Below, in pieces: positions 1-6,860 of a DNA stretch of 24,598 bases; the first letter of the stretch is position 1; each line of letters begins with the position of its first letter. Origin of the DNA: a virus; the UHGV virus genome UHGV-0258679. One strand, 5' to 3'. The notes under the pieces are model-generated. The model worked only from the letters and a program-made list of their open reading frames with translations. It was not told where the DNA came from and searched no databases. Made by a program: the position numbers and the translations under genes.

Positions 1-30
1 GTACCCACAATAACACGAGGGGGTACAACA

Positions 31-303
31 ATGAACATCGGTAAAGCAATCATCAACTACGCAGCACGTCGCAACATGGACATTACCTTGATTGGCGATG
101 AGACCGTAGCGTTCTGGGAAGCGGATAACGATTGTGAATGGATGTTCTCCTACATGATTGGTAATGATGGTTTCCTCCACTTTAAAGGCAATGTGTATCT
201 GCCGCAGGAGATTAAAGAAGAATTACCGGCGTGCATCGATACAGACAAGAAGCTGAAAGAAGTAATCAACTTTATCGCTAAAGAGTTTATCAGCAAGAAG
301 TAA
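31..303 (+). CDS. hypothetical protein, 90 aa
   Basis: Complete ORF with a strong RBS (GAGGGGG about 8 nt upstream of the ATG); no family recognised. Confidence 0.5.
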   Translation: MNIGKAIINYAARRNMDITLIGDETVAFWEADNDCEWMFSYMIGNDGFLHFKGNVYLPQEIKEELPACIDTDKKLKEVINFIAKEFISKK

Positions 304-315
304 GGCAGCAAAACA

Positions 316-702
316 ATGTTCAATATCATGATTCGTAAATTTGGTGAGATGACTTTCGAGAAAGCTGGTGTTGCGCGTACCGAAGAAGAAGCAATGGCCT
401 TAGTTCTGGTAGCACTGAGATCATCACCTGAGATTATCGACGCTGAATATGTTGCGGCTGAGGGTGAGATTAAAGAGATTAAAGCGGTGGCTAAGGAATT
501 AGGTGTTAAAGGTTTCCGTAAGCTGAAACTATCCCGCGAGACTTATGTCATTGGACAGCAAGGACAATACCTAGATGAGAATAGCGCGATTGTCCTACTG
601 AATAAGATCACCCGCTATGGTTTCCAGATTGAGCAATATAAAACGTGTTTCGAATTATACGAAAAAGGTTTGCTGGATACTCTGACCATCGTTCGTGCTT
701 AA
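316..702 (+). CDS. hypothetical protein, 128 aa
   Basis: ORF 13 nt after the previous stop; followed by a hairpin and T-run at 717-742; no motif recognised. Confidence 0.45.
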   Translation: MFNIMIRKFGEMTFEKAGVARTEEEAMALVLVALRSSPEIIDAEYVAAEGEIKEIKAVAKELGVKGFRKLKLSRETYVIGQQGQYLDENSAIVLLNKITRYGFQIEQYKTCFELYEKGLLDTLTIVRA

Positions 703-716
703 TTAATTTCTAATTT

Positions 717-742
717 GGTGGGTGCAATTCCCACCGCTTTTT
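717..742 (+). terminator. rho-independent terminator (GGTGGG / 7-nt loop / CCCACC, then GCTTTTT)
   Basis: Perfect 6-bp GC-rich stem with a T-run, directly after the stop of ORF 316-702. Confidence 0.55.
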
Positions 743-759
743 AAACTGGAGAATCAAAC

Positions 760-840
760 ATGTTAGCTTTTATCTCATTCGTGGGAGGTAGTCTCACAAC
801 TATGATTAGTCTTTCTTATATTGTCGTTAGTATGGGGTGA
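760..840 (+). CDS. very small hydrophobic peptide, 26 aa (MLAFISFVGGSLTTMISLSYIVVSMG)
   Basis: ATG at 760 with GGAG about 10 nt upstream; below the ORF-track length cutoff; its stop sits 3 nt before the next ATG. Confidence 0.25.
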   Translation: MLAFISFVGGSLTTMISLSYIVVSMG

Positions 841-843
841 GCA

Positions 844-969
844 ATGAAACAATTTCATGATGGCATTTCATCTAAGACATTCAAGAAAGAATATAGCGGA
901 TTGTGTATTAACTGGATTGATTTGATTGGTGCGGTTGTATTTGGTCTGGTAATTAGCATCAACTTTTAA
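844..969 (+). CDS. small membrane protein, 41 aa, C-terminal hydrophobic helix
   Basis: ATG at 844 preceded by GGGGTGA; C-terminal stretch WIDLIGAVVFGLVISINF; below the ORF-track cutoff. Confidence 0.3.
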   Translation: MKQFHDGISSKTFKKEYSGLCINWIDLIGAVVFGLVISINF

Positions 970-1010
970 TGATATAAATATATCGTAATTCATTCAAAGA
1001 GGATTCAATT

Positions 1011-1352
1011 ATGAAAAAGACTATCTACGCAATTATTGTTTCTGTGTGTGTTGGTGGCATCGGTGGATTTGTTTGTGGGTATGACTATTCCGATACTCAA
1101 CATCAAGAGACTATCCGGTCAAATAAGGCCGAGATTAAGGATCTGAATCAGGAGATTAGCCAGTTAGAAAATGCTCTCTCACTCAAAGACAGTGAATATA
1201 GCGAGGTTTATGCAGATAAACAAAAATATTGGAAAGAGAAAGATAATCTCGTTGTTTACGGGATGAAATTGTGTAAGAGCATGAAGGACGAGCGCAGTAG
1301 TTTAATGGAACTTGCCCTTAAAGGTAACGTGACCATCGACTTCAAAGACTAA
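1011..1352 (+). CDS. signal-anchored coiled-coil protein, 113 aa (N-terminal TM helix, periplasmic coiled coil)
   Basis: RBS AAGAGGA upstream; N-terminal hydrophobic segment IYAIIVSVCVGGIGGFV followed by a heptad-like charged region; no lipobox. Confidence 0.55.
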   Translation: MKKTIYAIIVSVCVGGIGGFVCGYDYSDTQHQETIRSNKAEIKDLNQEISQLENALSLKDSEYSEVYADKQKYWKEKDNLVVYGMKLCKSMKDERSSLMELALKGNVTIDFKD

Positions 1353-1382
1353 TTAATTCTAATAACAAGAGGAAATTCTACT

Positions 1383-1628
1383 ATGAAAAAGATTATCGCT
1401 GGTATCGTTCTTGCTCTGGGTTTGGTTGGTGCTGTAAATGCCGAACAATATGTACAGGGTGATAGTGTCAAGCGTGCTGCCGTTGCACCTTCTTTAAATC
1501 AACTGTGTACTGAATTAGCACAGGTTGCCGGAGTTGGTGACGATGACGACTTTATTACTGCGTGTGTATGGAGTCATATCGAGGATATTAATAAACGTGA
1601 TGCAAAACTAACTGGAAAGAAATATTAA
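1383..1628 (+). CDS. small secreted protein, 81 aa, with Sec-type signal peptide
   Basis: RBS AAGAGGAAA upstream; N-terminus MKKIIAGIVLALGLVGAVNA|EQ looks like a signal peptidase I site; two Cys and a DDDD patch in the mature part. Confidence 0.55.
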   Translation: MKKIIAGIVLALGLVGAVNAEQYVQGDSVKRAAVAPSLNQLCTELAQVAGVGDDDDFITACVWSHIEDINKRDAKLTGKKY

Positions 1629-1644
1629 TGACTTACTAACCAAT

Positions 1645-1682
1645 GCCCCTATCGTTATAATACGCGGTAGGGGCGTTTTTGT
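1645..1682 (+). terminator. rho-independent terminator (GCCCCTA / loop / TAGGGGC, then GTTTTTGTTT)
   Basis: 7-bp stem and T-run between the stop at 1628 and the recombinase start; could also be part of a recombinase attachment site (dyad symmetry). Confidence 0.5.
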
Positions 1683-1693
1683 TTGGAAATGGT

Positions 1694-3373
1694 ATGAAAA
1701 CTAAACTGTATTCGTATATTCGCTTCTCGTCTATGCGTCAGAATGATGGTTCGAGTTATGAACGACAAATCAGGATGGCGAGAGAGGTTGCGGCAAAGTA
1801 TGACCTTGAACTGGTAAATGATTATCAGGATCTGGGTGTATCTGCGTTTAAGGGTGCTAACTCCAAAACAGGGGCGCTATCTCGTTTCCTTGATGCAATT
1901 GGTAGATCCGTTCCTGTTGGTAGCTGGCTATTCATTGAAAACTTGGACCGCTTATCCCGTGCCGATATTGTCAGTGCGCAGGAGTTATTCCTTTCAATCA
2001 TCCGTAGGGGGATAACCATTGTTACTGGCATGGATAACAAGATCTACTCGCTGGATACTGTTACCGCTAATCCGATGGACCTGATGTTCTCCATCCTTTT
2101 ATTCATCCGTGGTAACGAGGAAAGTCAGACTAAGCGCAATCGTACTAACTCAAGCGCACTGATTAAGATTAAAGCCCATCAAGAAAATCCCCAGAATCCG
2201 GCAGTGGCAATCGAGGAAGTTGGAAAGAATATGTGGTGGACTGATACCACTTCCGGTTATGTGCTGCCTCATCCGGTGTACTTCCCTGTTGTTCAGGAGA
2301 TTGTGGAATTACGGAAGAATGGACGTTCAACCGCCGAAATACTGGATCACCTTAACGAGACATATACACCGCCACCAGCAGTAAGCAACAAGAAGCATTC
2401 AAAATGGTCACGGGCAATGGTTGAAAGGTTGTTCCATACCCGCGCTTTGATTGGTATCAAGGAGGTCTCTGTCGATGGTGTTAACTATGAGTTAAAGGAT
2501 TATTACCCTCGTGTTATTGATGATGCTACGTTCTATCACCTTAAGAAAAATATTGGTGCTAGAGCATGGAACTTTGGAGACAAGGAAGAAGTTAAACCGA
2601 TCCCCCTGCTTAGTGGTATTGGCCTATTGAAATGTGATCATTGCGGTTGCGCTATGGTTAAAGTGAAGGGAACGAACAAACGTTCTGACCAGTATCGTTA
2701 TACATGTGATGCGACCCGTTCACGTAGACTTGATTGCGAGCATCCAAACTGGAGTTTTCGAGGTGATCAATTAGAGAAAGCTGTATTGCAATTGCTGGCT
2801 GATAAAATCTGGATTGCTGAGGATAAGGCTAATCCGGTTCCGGCTTTGAAAGTACAGGTTGATGAGATATCACGCAAGATTGATAACCTGATTGCCCTTT
2901 CTGCTATGACAGGAGCAACGAAGGAGCTAGCCGATCAGATTACTACCCTCAATAGCGAGCGTGAAACACTCTACAATCAGATCAAGATGGCAGAAGAGGA
3001 AATGTATTCTGTGGACTCTCAAGGCTGGGAGAAGCTCGCAGAATTTGATTTAGAAGATGTTTATAACGAGGAACGACTAAAGGTCCGGTTTAAGATTAAG
3101 CAAGCTCTAAAGCGGATCGGGTGTAGCAGGATTGACAGGAATAAAAACTTGTTTGTACTGGAATACATCGATGGAAAGACCCAGAGAGTTGTAATAGAAA
3201 ATTCAAGAGGAACGAGGAAAGGACAAATCTTTGTCGATTTGAAAACTATCAATGATAGGCAGATTCTGGAGAGTAACGGGCTTGTTTTGCATCCATGTTT
3301 AGACATGCTGACAGATAAGAACTGGAAACCAGAAGAGGAAATACCAGGTCCATTACAGGAATTTGGAATTTAA
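1694..3373 (+). CDS. large serine recombinase (integrase-type: resolvase catalytic domain plus recombinase/zinc-ribbon/coiled-coil C-terminal region)
   Basis: N-terminus YSYIRFSSMRQ matches the catalytic YxRVSTxxQ serine motif; LDRLSR motif; downstream Cys cluster CDHCGCAM...YRYTCD...C is zinc-ribbon-like; about 560 aa. The ORF-track start at 1679 is TTG; ATG at 1694 is the more likely start. Confidence 0.85.
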   Translation: MKTKLYSYIRFSSMRQNDGSSYERQIRMAREVAAKYDLELVNDYQDLGVSAFKGANSKTGALSRFLDAIGRSVPVGSWLFIENLDRLSRADIVSAQELFLSIIRRGITIVTGMDNKIYSLDTVTANPMDLMFSILLFIRGNEESQTKRNRTNSSALIKIKAHQENPQNPAVAIEEVGKNMWWTDTTSGYVLPHPVYFPVVQEIVELRKNGRSTAEILDHLNETYTPPPAVSNKKHSKWSRAMVERLFHTRALIGIKEVSVDGVNYELKDYYPRVIDDATFYHLKKNIGARAWNFGDKEEVKPIPLLSGIGLLKCDHCGCAMVKVKGTNKRSDQYRYTCDATRSRRLDCEHPNWSFRGDQLEKAVLQLLADKIWIAEDKANPVPALKVQVDEISRKIDNLIALSAMTGATKELADQITTLNSERETLYNQIKMAEEEMYSVDSQGWEKLAEFDLEDVYNEERLKVRFKIKQALKRIGCSRIDRNKNLFVLEYIDGKTQRVVIENSRGTRKGQIFVDLKTINDRQILESNGLVLHPCLDMLTDKNWKPEEEIPGPLQEFGI

Positions 3374-3411
3374 GCGGCCTAAATCGACGTATAACGAGCT
3401 AAACACTTTAA

Positions 3412-3434
3412 GGGGTACATCTGTACCCCTTTTT
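3412..3434 (+). terminator. rho-independent terminator (GGGGTAC / loop / GTACCCC, then TTTTT), at a convergent junction
   Basis: GC stem with a T-run directly after the recombinase stop; plus- and minus-strand genes converge here. Confidence 0.6.
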
Positions 3435-3446
3435 AATTTAATTGTA

Positions 3447-4445
3447 TTAAAGAGCCTCTAAAGGGCTTAAATCGAGTTCTAAGTCTTCCGGTGTTAAATC
3501 AGCTAACGGTGCATTCATCCACTGCGATAAATCTCGTTCTATGTCTTCATCACTAATGTAGTTGTTCAGATTGATTGCGTTGGTATCATCAAAATACATT
3601 GGCTTAGATGGGTTGGTGTGGATGTATTCATTGATGAATGATTTAACATCTTTCAGCTTGCTAATCGGTAGCGTTTCTGTGAATCCGCTATTCATTACCT
3701 TACGTGGGATTTTCTTGCCCTGAATATTCTTTTTAATCCCCATTTCTAAATCACCAGCTTTCCATCCAATGTTAAACAAATGTGAGCATTCAAAGGTGAT
3801 TTTCTCGCTGGTGTGCTTCTGGTGTTCTCTTACCCGTTGCATCGGATCTTTGCGAGTGGTAATTCCATATTTGAAAAACTTCTCGCCAACACGAATTAGA
3901 TAAAAGTGCATAGGGCGCTGTGCAAACTTGTTTCTGATAACCTGTTTTCTACCATTCTGAATTGATTTAAGTACACCCCTAACCAAAGGGCATGTTAACC
4001 CGCCTTGTCTGCGGTTATTATGTAAATCACCTTTCTTGTGAATCTTTCCGTGGCACTTACAACGAAGAATTAGTTTAGTGTCAACACCCTGATAAGGTTC
4101 AGCCAGACCTAACACATCCCACCCTATCGGCTTGTAGAACTTGCGAGCGTTTTCTAAGTGTTCTTCTTCGGTAAATCTAAACTTCTTCTTAGGCGGTGAT
4201 ACTCTATCTTTGCCAGTAAACTGACCAGTTAGAACATGACTAATACATGGCGTTTTAACCTTTCCGTTAACTTCTATGCAAACTTTGGTGTTCTGGAATG
4301 GTTTCTTTACAGGAAGCACAAAACCACTGTATAACCATCCATGCACTTGACAAACTTTAATGATTCTGGTTTCATATTCGACCGGAGGGGTCGCACGTTT
4401 GCTTTTTGCGGTAAATTCGATATCCTTTGCTAAAGTAGTATTCAT
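3447..4445 (-). CDS. Zn-finger plus GIY-YIG-like (T5orf172-like) nuclease-domain protein, 332 aa; candidate homing endonuclease or DNA-binding regulator
   Basis: N-terminal half has Cys/His pairs (CQVH, C...C..H, CKCHGKIH); C-terminal half has HFYLIRVGEKFFKYGITTRKDPMQRVREHQ, resembling the GIY...YIG...R...E core; acidic C-terminal tail. Assigned from motif resemblance only. Confidence 0.45.
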   Translation of the reverse strand: MNTTLAKDIEFTAKSKRATPPVEYETRIIKVCQVHGWLYSGFVLPVKKPFQNTKVCIEVNGKVKTPCISHVLTGQFTGKDRVSPPKKKFRFTEEEHLENARKFYKPIGWDVLGLAEPYQGVDTKLILRCKCHGKIHKKGDLHNNRRQGGLTCPLVRGVLKSIQNGRKQVIRNKFAQRPMHFYLIRVGEKFFKYGITTRKDPMQRVREHQKHTSEKITFECSHLFNIGWKAGDLEMGIKKNIQGKKIPRKVMNSGFTETLPISKLKDVKSFINEYIHTNPSKPMYFDDTNAINLNNYISDEDIERDLSQWMNAPLADLTPEDLELDLSPLEAL

Positions 4446-4480
4446 AGTAGTGAATCCTCAATAAAATAATATTCACTACT
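4446..4480 (-). promoter_or_regulatory. perfect 10-bp inverted repeat (AGTAGTGAAT, 15-nt spacer, ATTCACTACT) abutting the start codon of the 332-aa gene
   Basis: Seen directly in the sequence; the spacer contains the probable SD (GAGG); a TATAAAT -10-like hexamer lies just upstream on the minus strand. Confidence 0.4.
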
Positions 4481-4491
4481 ATTTATAAGAA

Positions 4492-4893
4492 TTAATTATT
4501 GTAGTTTTGGAAACCAGTAAGATCGCAAAATGAATCAGTGTCATGTGCTGGGGAACGATGTTCTGCTTCGTCAGAGAAAATGCTTGCTACCGGAGATTCC
4601 ACTTTAATTTCCGGTGCTTCTTCAACATCTGACTTAACTTCTTCGATCACTGGTTCAACTGCTGGAGATTCTTCTTTTGTTTCTTCAATGACGATCTCAG
4701 GTTCTTTCATTGCTTCAACCAGAGACGGATCAACTTCGTCGAATACCACTTTATCATCTGCGGTATATTTGTCTATAATGAAAAAATGGTCAGAAATATA
4801 GCTAACGTCGCCAGCATATTCTAACAAAAAAGCGCCCACCAGAGGCGCTTTTGTTTTATCCATTCCACCGTGATTTTTTTGATCTGGAATCAA
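4492..4893 (-). CDS. acidic hypothetical protein (Glu/Asp/Pro-rich C-terminal half); true start uncertain
   Basis: ORF from the track; its first 10 codons overlap the peptidase gene and a terminator hairpin (4830-4858) lies inside its 5' end, so the real product may start later (for example at MKEPEIV). Confidence 0.3.
   Translation of the reverse strand: MIPDQKNHGGMDKTKAPLVGAFLLEYAGDVSYISDHFFIIDKYTADDKVVFDEVDPSLVEAMKEPEIVIEETKEESPAVEPVIEEVKSDVEEAPEIKVESPVASIFSDEAEHRSPAHDTDSFCDLTGFQNYNN
4830..4858 (-). terminator. rho-independent terminator on the minus strand (AGCGCC / loop / GGCGCT, then TTTTTT)
   Basis: GC stem plus a 6-T run immediately after the M15 peptidase stop codon. Confidence 0.6.
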
Positions 4894-5209
4894 TATGCGT
4901 AAAGGTTTTATATTTTCCTAAGCCGTATTGAGTAGGATATTTCCCATCAAGATAAGCATGAACAATATCAGGCGAGACACCCTTGATAACAATGTCAGCC
5001 GCACGGCCTCGAACGTGATAGCTATTGGCTGCCCCGCCTACATTCTTGTTATGAGTCGGGCAACGGTTGCCACTGTTAATAATCACTGGTTTACCGAAGT
5101 GCTCTCGTACATCCTCAAGAATCACCAGTAATTCAGCGTCGATTGTATCATAATCACATTTTCCGCATTTACATTTAAATTCCTTGCGAGAAAAATGCTT
5201 ACTTAACAT
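4856..5209 (-). CDS. peptidase M15 family (M15A, YcbK/DUF882-like) zinc peptidase; candidate endolysin
   Basis: Motifs SGNRCPTHNKNVGGAANSYHVRGRAADI and FTHIDSR match the conserved M15 zinc-ligand signature; RBS AGGGGGT; small size (117 aa) typical of phage M15 lysins. Confidence 0.75.
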   Translation of the reverse strand: MLSKHFSRKEFKCKCGKCDYDTIDAELLVILEDVREHFGKPVIINSGNRCPTHNKNVGGAANSYHVRGRAADIVIKGVSPDIVHAYLDGKYPTQYGLGKYKTFTHIDSRSKKSRWNG

Positions 5210-5218
5210 ATTACCCCC

Positions 5219-5566
5219 TTAGATCATTTCGAAGATATAACCAATAAAGCGCATACCCTTGATATAATAAGGAGCAGTGCCTACACACACCGCGCGTGCA
5301 TCGCCCAGACAGTTAAAGCTATAAGGATTAACCACATCAACTTCTTGCCCTACACGAAAACGATACTTAGGACGTTTAGCCAATGTAGCGACACAAAACA
5401 CGGTCCCTTTTTCATGATCGCGGATACATTCTTTATATTGTTTATGTTTAACTCTCTTCGCCTCAAAATCATGAGTCATTGATTCTGGGCTAATGCCATT
5501 AATAAAAATACCGGAAAGCTGATCGACCGGATAAGTAGGAAATTCAGTAAAAATATTTTTAGCCAT
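5219..5566 (-). CDS. hypothetical protein, 115 aa, translationally coupled to the M15 peptidase
   Basis: RBS GGGGGT; its stop overlaps the RBS of the peptidase gene. Confidence 0.5.
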   Translation of the reverse strand: MAKNIFTEFPTYPVDQLSGIFINGISPESMTHDFEAKRVKHKQYKECIRDHEKGTVFCVATLAKRPKYRFRVGQEVDVVNPYSFNCLGDARAVCVGTAPYYIKGMRFIGYIFEMI

Positions 5567-5604
5567 GTTATACCCCCATAAGATTCTATGAGGGTATTTA
5601 TTGA

Positions 5605-6288
5605 TTAAACGTATTTCATGCGCGATTTAATGTGCTTATTGATGTTTTCAAGCATCATTGCTTCGTTGCTTTCCCACGATCCTAGCGTCGAATAACGAGT
5701 AGAAATTTTATCCGATTTAACGGCAACAATTCGCTTGCTCTGTTTCTGTATGCGTTTCTCTAAGCGACGTTTTGCCACCGCCGATCCATTCCTAGCGCGT
5801 TTGGTTCGGGATTTCTTAGGCTTGTACTTCTTCATGATAAAAGTCCCTTCCTTGTTCTCTACCTTGATGAAGTTGCCGTTTTCGAGGTTACGCATCATCT
5901 TACCGCCTTTGATGGCCTTAATGTTCCCGTGGGCGTCTAAGACCTTGCCGTTAGCGATTGGAACTAGCTTATTGATTTTGCCACCATCGAAATAGTGTTT
6001 CAGATAGTCATCCTGACTGCCGATCTTCTTGTCCTTATCCCTTGCGCCCTTGATGAAGATTTGGTGTCTCGTCCCTGATCGGTTCTTGTAGTTGGTATTA
6101 CCTACCGCTTGCTGAGTCCAGCGAGTAGGTCTATCAACATTCTTGTTAATCTTCTTCTGGAGTGCTCTGGAAGCAAAGATCGCCCCTTCCCCTAGTGCCC
6201 TTTCGAATGTATTGGTTGCCTTTTCAGACCATTGCCTCAACGCTTTCTTAGTCCTTAGAGCGTTTCGTTTATTGGTACTGGTTGCCAT
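5605..6288 (-). CDS. highly basic (Lys/Arg-rich) hypothetical protein, 227 aa
   Basis: RBS AGGGGGC; strongly basic composition throughout; no motif recognised. Confidence 0.5.
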   Translation of the reverse strand: MATSTNKRNALRTKKALRQWSEKATNTFERALGEGAIFASRALQKKINKNVDRPTRWTQQAVGNTNYKNRSGTRHQIFIKGARDKDKKIGSQDDYLKHYFDGGKINKLVPIANGKVLDAHGNIKAIKGGKMMRNLENGNFIKVENKEGTFIMKKYKPKKSRTKRARNGSAVAKRRLEKRIQKQSKRIVAVKSDKISTRYSTLGSWESNEAMMLENINKHIKSRMKYV

Positions 6289-6298
6289 GTTAGCCCCC

Positions 6299-6460
6299 TA
6301 ATAACGAAAAGACCCCCGCCAGTGTCCTTAGCAATTGTTCATCCACGGTCATAGCCGGGAGTTCAAGCCCAAAGGACGTTAGCAGAGGTCTAATAGCTAC
6401 GTTATAAGTGAGGGCGACAATCAAGAGATAACCAAAATATTTCTTAAGTTTATTCTTCAT
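6299..6460 (-). CDS. small membrane protein, 53 aa (MKNKLKKYFGYLLIVALTYNVAI...)
   Basis: Hand-translated, not in the ORF track; RBS AAGGGG 7 nt upstream; one clear hydrophobic helix; no Cys, so not a lipoprotein. Confidence 0.4.
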
Positions 6461-6478
6461 ATATTCACCCCTTTATTA

Positions 6479-6757
6479 TTATTTTTGTTTGAGTATGTCG
6501 AGAACTTGGTCAAATTTGGCGTCCATCGCAACCACTTTCTTCTCTATACCGTGTAGTGTTTGTTCCATTTGGTAAACACGTTCAGCAATCTGAGTATGGT
6601 TATTCTGCATCGTCTCAAACTTCTGGTTTAACAATGCGTCGCTGGATTCCAATTTCGACAATCTATTTTCTGTGGCTAATTGATTTCGGTGAAGTCTCCA
6701 AAGCCCACCACAAATTAAGGCGATAACACCGATACCGCCATATATAATTTCAGTCAT
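6479..6757 (-). CDS. signal-anchored coiled-coil membrane protein, about 92 aa (i-spanin-like or superinfection-exclusion-like architecture)
   Basis: Start moved to the internal ATG (MTEIIYGG...) preceded by GGGGGCGTA; N-terminal TM segment IIYGGIGVIALICGGLW then a predicted coiled coil. Confidence 0.45.
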   Translation of the reverse strand: MTEIIYGGIGVIALICGGLWRLHRNQLATENRLSKLESSDALLNQKFETMQNNHTQIAERVYQMEQTLHGIEKKVVAMDAKFDQVLDILKQK

Positions 6758-6799
6758 TACGCCCCCGATATTTTTATAATTTAATGGCAAAATTATTTA

Positions 6800-6842
6800 G
6801 ATAAAAATAATCCCGCCTAACTCAAAAGAATTAAGCGGGATT
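6800..6842 (-). terminator. rho-independent terminator after the tail tip gene (8-bp stem AATCCCGC/GCGGGATT, T-rich tail)
   Basis: Inverted repeat seen directly in the sequence, followed on the minus strand by ATTTTTAT. Confidence 0.5.
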
Positions 6843-6860
6843 AATTATAAAAATTAAATT

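Noticed and set aside
1645-1682. Calling the dyad upstream of the recombinase a definite attP core
   Set aside because: It also has full terminator features (GC stem plus T-run); att identity cannot be established without comparison to the host or an empty site.
1818-2040. Short ORFs on both strands inside the recombinase gene
   Set aside because: Overlap the well-supported recombinase catalytic domain; no independent signals.
4538-4801. 87-aa Ser/Thr-rich plus-strand ORF
   Set aside because: Antisense translation of the acidic Glu-rich region; composition artefact.
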